From the NCBI GenBank assembly GCA_947626095.1, contig CANQQV010000002.1:64001-128000 (forward strand): DNA of 64,000 nt, given 5' to 3'. A model generated the notes under the pieces. That model did no database searches and was not told where the DNA came from. It was given only the letters and a program-made list of their open reading frames with translations. This DNA comes from an uncultured Bacilli bacterium. GTDB lineage: Bacteria; Bacillota_I; Bacilli_A; RF39; UBA660. The position numbers were made by a program, and so were the translations under genes. How positions within the stretch are numbered: the stretch's first letter is position 1; the number at the start of each line of letters is the position of its first letter. Shown here one piece after another: positions 61,863 through 64,000 of the stretch.

Positions 61863-63602
61863 CTAATCTTCTCCTTTTAAATAATAGAATTCAATATTTT
61901 GAAATGGTAAATTAATAGCAGCTATATGATAATAAGCATTATTCTTTTGTTTTAAGTAATGATAATCACGTAAGGCATTAGTCGTAAAGAATAAGTTATT
62001 AGGATTATCTTGATCAAGATATTGACTATATTCTTTTATTAAGTTAGTAATATCATAACATAAGTAACCTTCTTTATTAGATTTATTACTTAATAAAACA
62101 TCTTTATATATTTGGTGAGACATAATATGACGTTGTTTAGTACGGTTTTCATCACCATATGTTATTAAATCGCCACTTAATAACATGATATATAAGGAAT
62201 TGTTCTGCGGATATGGACATTCCTCATCTAGTAAATTATCTTTAAGATATATTTTTATTTGACTTTGATTGGTTAGATAAATTATATCACGTTTGGTTTT
62301 AAGAATTTGGGATTCTAATTTATATTCATGACCATCAACGTCTAAGATAAAGCATTCACGATCATAGATGTATTTTAAGTGTTCATCTTTACTAATTATT
62401 TCTTCTAAAGTTGGTGTACCATCGTTATTTACTTTAGCTGGGTAATATTTTTCACGAAGTTCAGGATGCATAATAGATAAATAGCGATATAATGATTCTT
62501 CTTGATATTGATCTGGTTCATAGTTTCTTTTTTTATATAGTTCTTGTTGTAGTTTACATGTATATGATTTATTACTGTTGTAAACATTTTTGACAAATGG
62601 ACAACCAGTTTTACAGATATATAAGTATGGACATTTACAACATTCTTCATTAAAGCCAAGTCTTTGATGATTATTAAATATTTTAAGATAAGCATTATTT
62701 AGGATGTCTTCAACACTATCTTTATAGATATTACCATAGTAAAAGTCTGGTTGTTTTTGACCTCTTACACAAGAGTATATGTCCCCACTACGTTCAAGTA
62801 AGAAAAATTTTTCCCCACAGTTATCACAATTAGTACAATACTCAGGGCCAAATTCATTAAACCAAGCTCCATTAAGACCAGCATCTAATTTAGTATTAGC
62901 GAATTCTTTGTGCATACGATTAAAGAATTCTACTTGCTCGTCTTCAGTTAAGGGATGTAATAAATTATTAGAGTTATAAGCAAAGCCGATCATAAAATTA
63001 AAATCATTCATATCTAAACAAGTATTTTCATCTAAATACTTAATATCTTTGATAATTTCATCGATATATTCATAATGTTCTTTAAAAATAGTAGCTGAAA
63101 CCTTTTTCTTATTAGGTATATCTTTTAATAGCTCGATATTCTTAATAATGGTAGCCATAGTTTTTTGATTATTTTTCGTAACTCTAAATTTATCATGTAA
63201 ATGAAATGGTAAATCTAAGCTACCACTAATAGAAACATTAAACTCTTTAATAGTATCTAGATGTTTATCAAGATTATAGAGATTAGTTTTAATATGAGGA
63301 GATCCTACTTTAAAACCGTTATCACTAATTAATTTAGCATTAGTATTATAGTAATCACTAATGTATTTGATTAAATCATGGAAATCTTCTTTACTTAAAG
63401 TAGTTACTTCACCACCATGTAAAGAGATATTAAAAGGAATTACGTTACTCTCTTTAAACTTTTTTATAGCATAAGCTAAAGTTTCAACAGGTTTATAAGG
63501 GGAATTTTCATCAACAGTATTATCTTCTAAATAGCAATATTTGCATCCCATATTACAGGCCATGGTTGGGACATAGAGTAAATGAATAAAACGATTATTC
63601 AT
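61863..63602 (-). CDS. Radical SAM protein with a SPASM domain and C-terminal extension
   Basis: CNMGCKYC, LHGGE, SGSLD; SPASM CTNCDNC...GDIYSC...CCKCPYLYICKTGC...TC; start set at MNNRF behind GGAGG. Confidence 0.92.
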   Translation of the reverse strand: MNNRFIHLLYVPTMACNMGCKYCYLEDNTVDENSPYKPVETLAYAIKKFKESNVIPFNISLHGGEVTTLSKEDFHDLIKYISDYYNTNAKLISDNGFKVGSPHIKTNLYNLDKHLDTIKEFNVSISGSLDLPFHLHDKFRVTKNNQKTMATIIKNIELLKDIPNKKKVSATIFKEHYEYIDEIIKDIKYLDENTCLDMNDFNFMIGFAYNSNNLLHPLTEDEQVEFFNRMHKEFANTKLDAGLNGAWFNEFGPEYCTNCDNCGEKFFLLERSGDIYSCVRGQKQPDFYYGNIYKDSVEDILNNAYLKIFNNHQRLGFNEECCKCPYLYICKTGCPFVKNVYNSNKSYTCKLQQELYKKRNYEPDQYQEESLYRYLSIMHPELREKYYPAKVNNDGTPTLEEIISKDEHLKYIYDRECFILDVDGHEYKLESQILKTKRDIIYLTNQSQIKIYLKDNLLDEECPYPQNNSLYIMLLSGDLITYGDENRTKQRHIMSHQIYKDVLLSNKSNKEGYLCYDITNLIKEYSQYLDQDNPNNLFFTTNALRDYHYLKQKNNAYYHIAAINLPFQNIEFYYLKGED

Positions 63603-64000
63603 AAATATCCTCCGCATAAGTTTGATTACCATTTCTTCTAGTTATAACGGTTGGGCTTTCTTTGAAAGCACGTGAATTAACTGACGTATTAGCTGGTATT
63701 TCAATCGTATATAGTGAACTACATTGTCTAAAGGCGGAACTACCTATATCATTTACAGAATCAGGAATAGTTACGCTACTTAGGGAAGAACATCCATAAA
63801 AGGCATGGCCACCTATTCTTGTAACACCTTCGGGAATATCAATACTCTTTAAAGAAGAACAATTTTCAAAAGTATTACCGTTTATTTCGGTTATCTTTGA
63901 TGGTAAAGTTATTTTTTGAAGAGAAGTACAGTTAACAAATGTTTCACCATGAATAGAAGTTATATTATCATGTAAAATAATTTCTTCTAAAGATGAACAG
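63595..64000 (-). CDS. BspA-type leucine-rich repeat (LRR_5) protein, 3' part only
   Basis: Own translation: ...TFVNCTSLQKITLPSKITEINGNTFENCSSLKSIDIPEGVTRIGGHAFYGCSSLSSVTIPDSVNDIGSSAFRQCSSL...EDIYE*; stop overlaps the radical SAM ATG (ATGAATAA). Confidence 0.88.
   Translation of the reverse strand, partial: CSSLEEIILHDNITSIHGETFVNCTSLQKITLPSKITEINGNTFENCSSLKSIDIPEGVTRIGGHAFYGCSSLSSVTIPDSVNDIGSSAFRQCSSLYTIEIPANTSVNSRAFKESPTVITRRNGNQTYAEDIYE

Noticed and set aside
1176-62979. Short ORFs in the track that lie antisense to or nested in long genes (e.g. 1176-1382, 1999-2283, 5399-5689, 24835-25260, 50097-50369, 62429-62695)
   Set aside because: They overlap well-supported genes, have no recognisable motifs and show typical shadow-ORF composition.
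61863-63602. Anaerobic sulfatase maturase or SCIFF maturase assignment
   Set aside because: No sulfatase or six-Cys peptide is adjacent, and the enzyme has a long extra C-terminal region; not excluded without an HMM search.
1-64000. CRISPR array, IS element, integrase or prophage
   Set aside because: Intergenic gaps are all under ~200 nt, I saw no spaced direct repeats, and no transposase, integrase or phage protein is recognisable.
1-64000. Mycoplasma-type code (TGA=Trp) or stop-codon readthrough
   Set aside because: Conserved genes are full length under code 11, Trp is TGG where checked, and TGA ends genes at expected positions.

Overview
Dense, very AT-rich chromosomal segment that uses the standard genetic code, with about 85% of genes on the minus strand. 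Gene content points to a reduced-genome Bacilli/Firmicute; an RF39-like gut lineage is my inference. Housekeeping genes: mnmA, ttcA-like, rpsP-khpA, uppS-cdsA-rseP, RNase J2-like, ssb, sufB, pta, eno, gpmI, phosphoketolase, mgtE, csoR-copA and an elongator tRNA-Met. Sporulation genes (cotE, spoVS, a ylxY-like gene) come with candidate sigma-E/sigma-G promoters. Envelope proteins include a sortase B, an M15 carboxypeptidase, YfhO, a tandem PIG-L protein and a CAP protein. I found no CRISPR array, IS element or prophage. The best novel-system candidate is the operon at the right end: BspA-type LRR protein, then a radical SAM/SPASM enzyme, a 120-aa protein ending in a Ser/Gly linker plus 17 Asn, a double Zn-ribbon membrane protein, and a membrane protein. 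It looks like an undescribed peptide/protein-modification (RiPP-like) system. Other oddities are a RelA/SpoT protein with an apparently dead synthetase, a 1719-aa repeat protein coupled to a pseudo-ProA, an LRR/transglutaminase pair and a plsC-acyl-CoA ligase-plsC cluster. All family calls come from motif recognition by eye; no searches were run.
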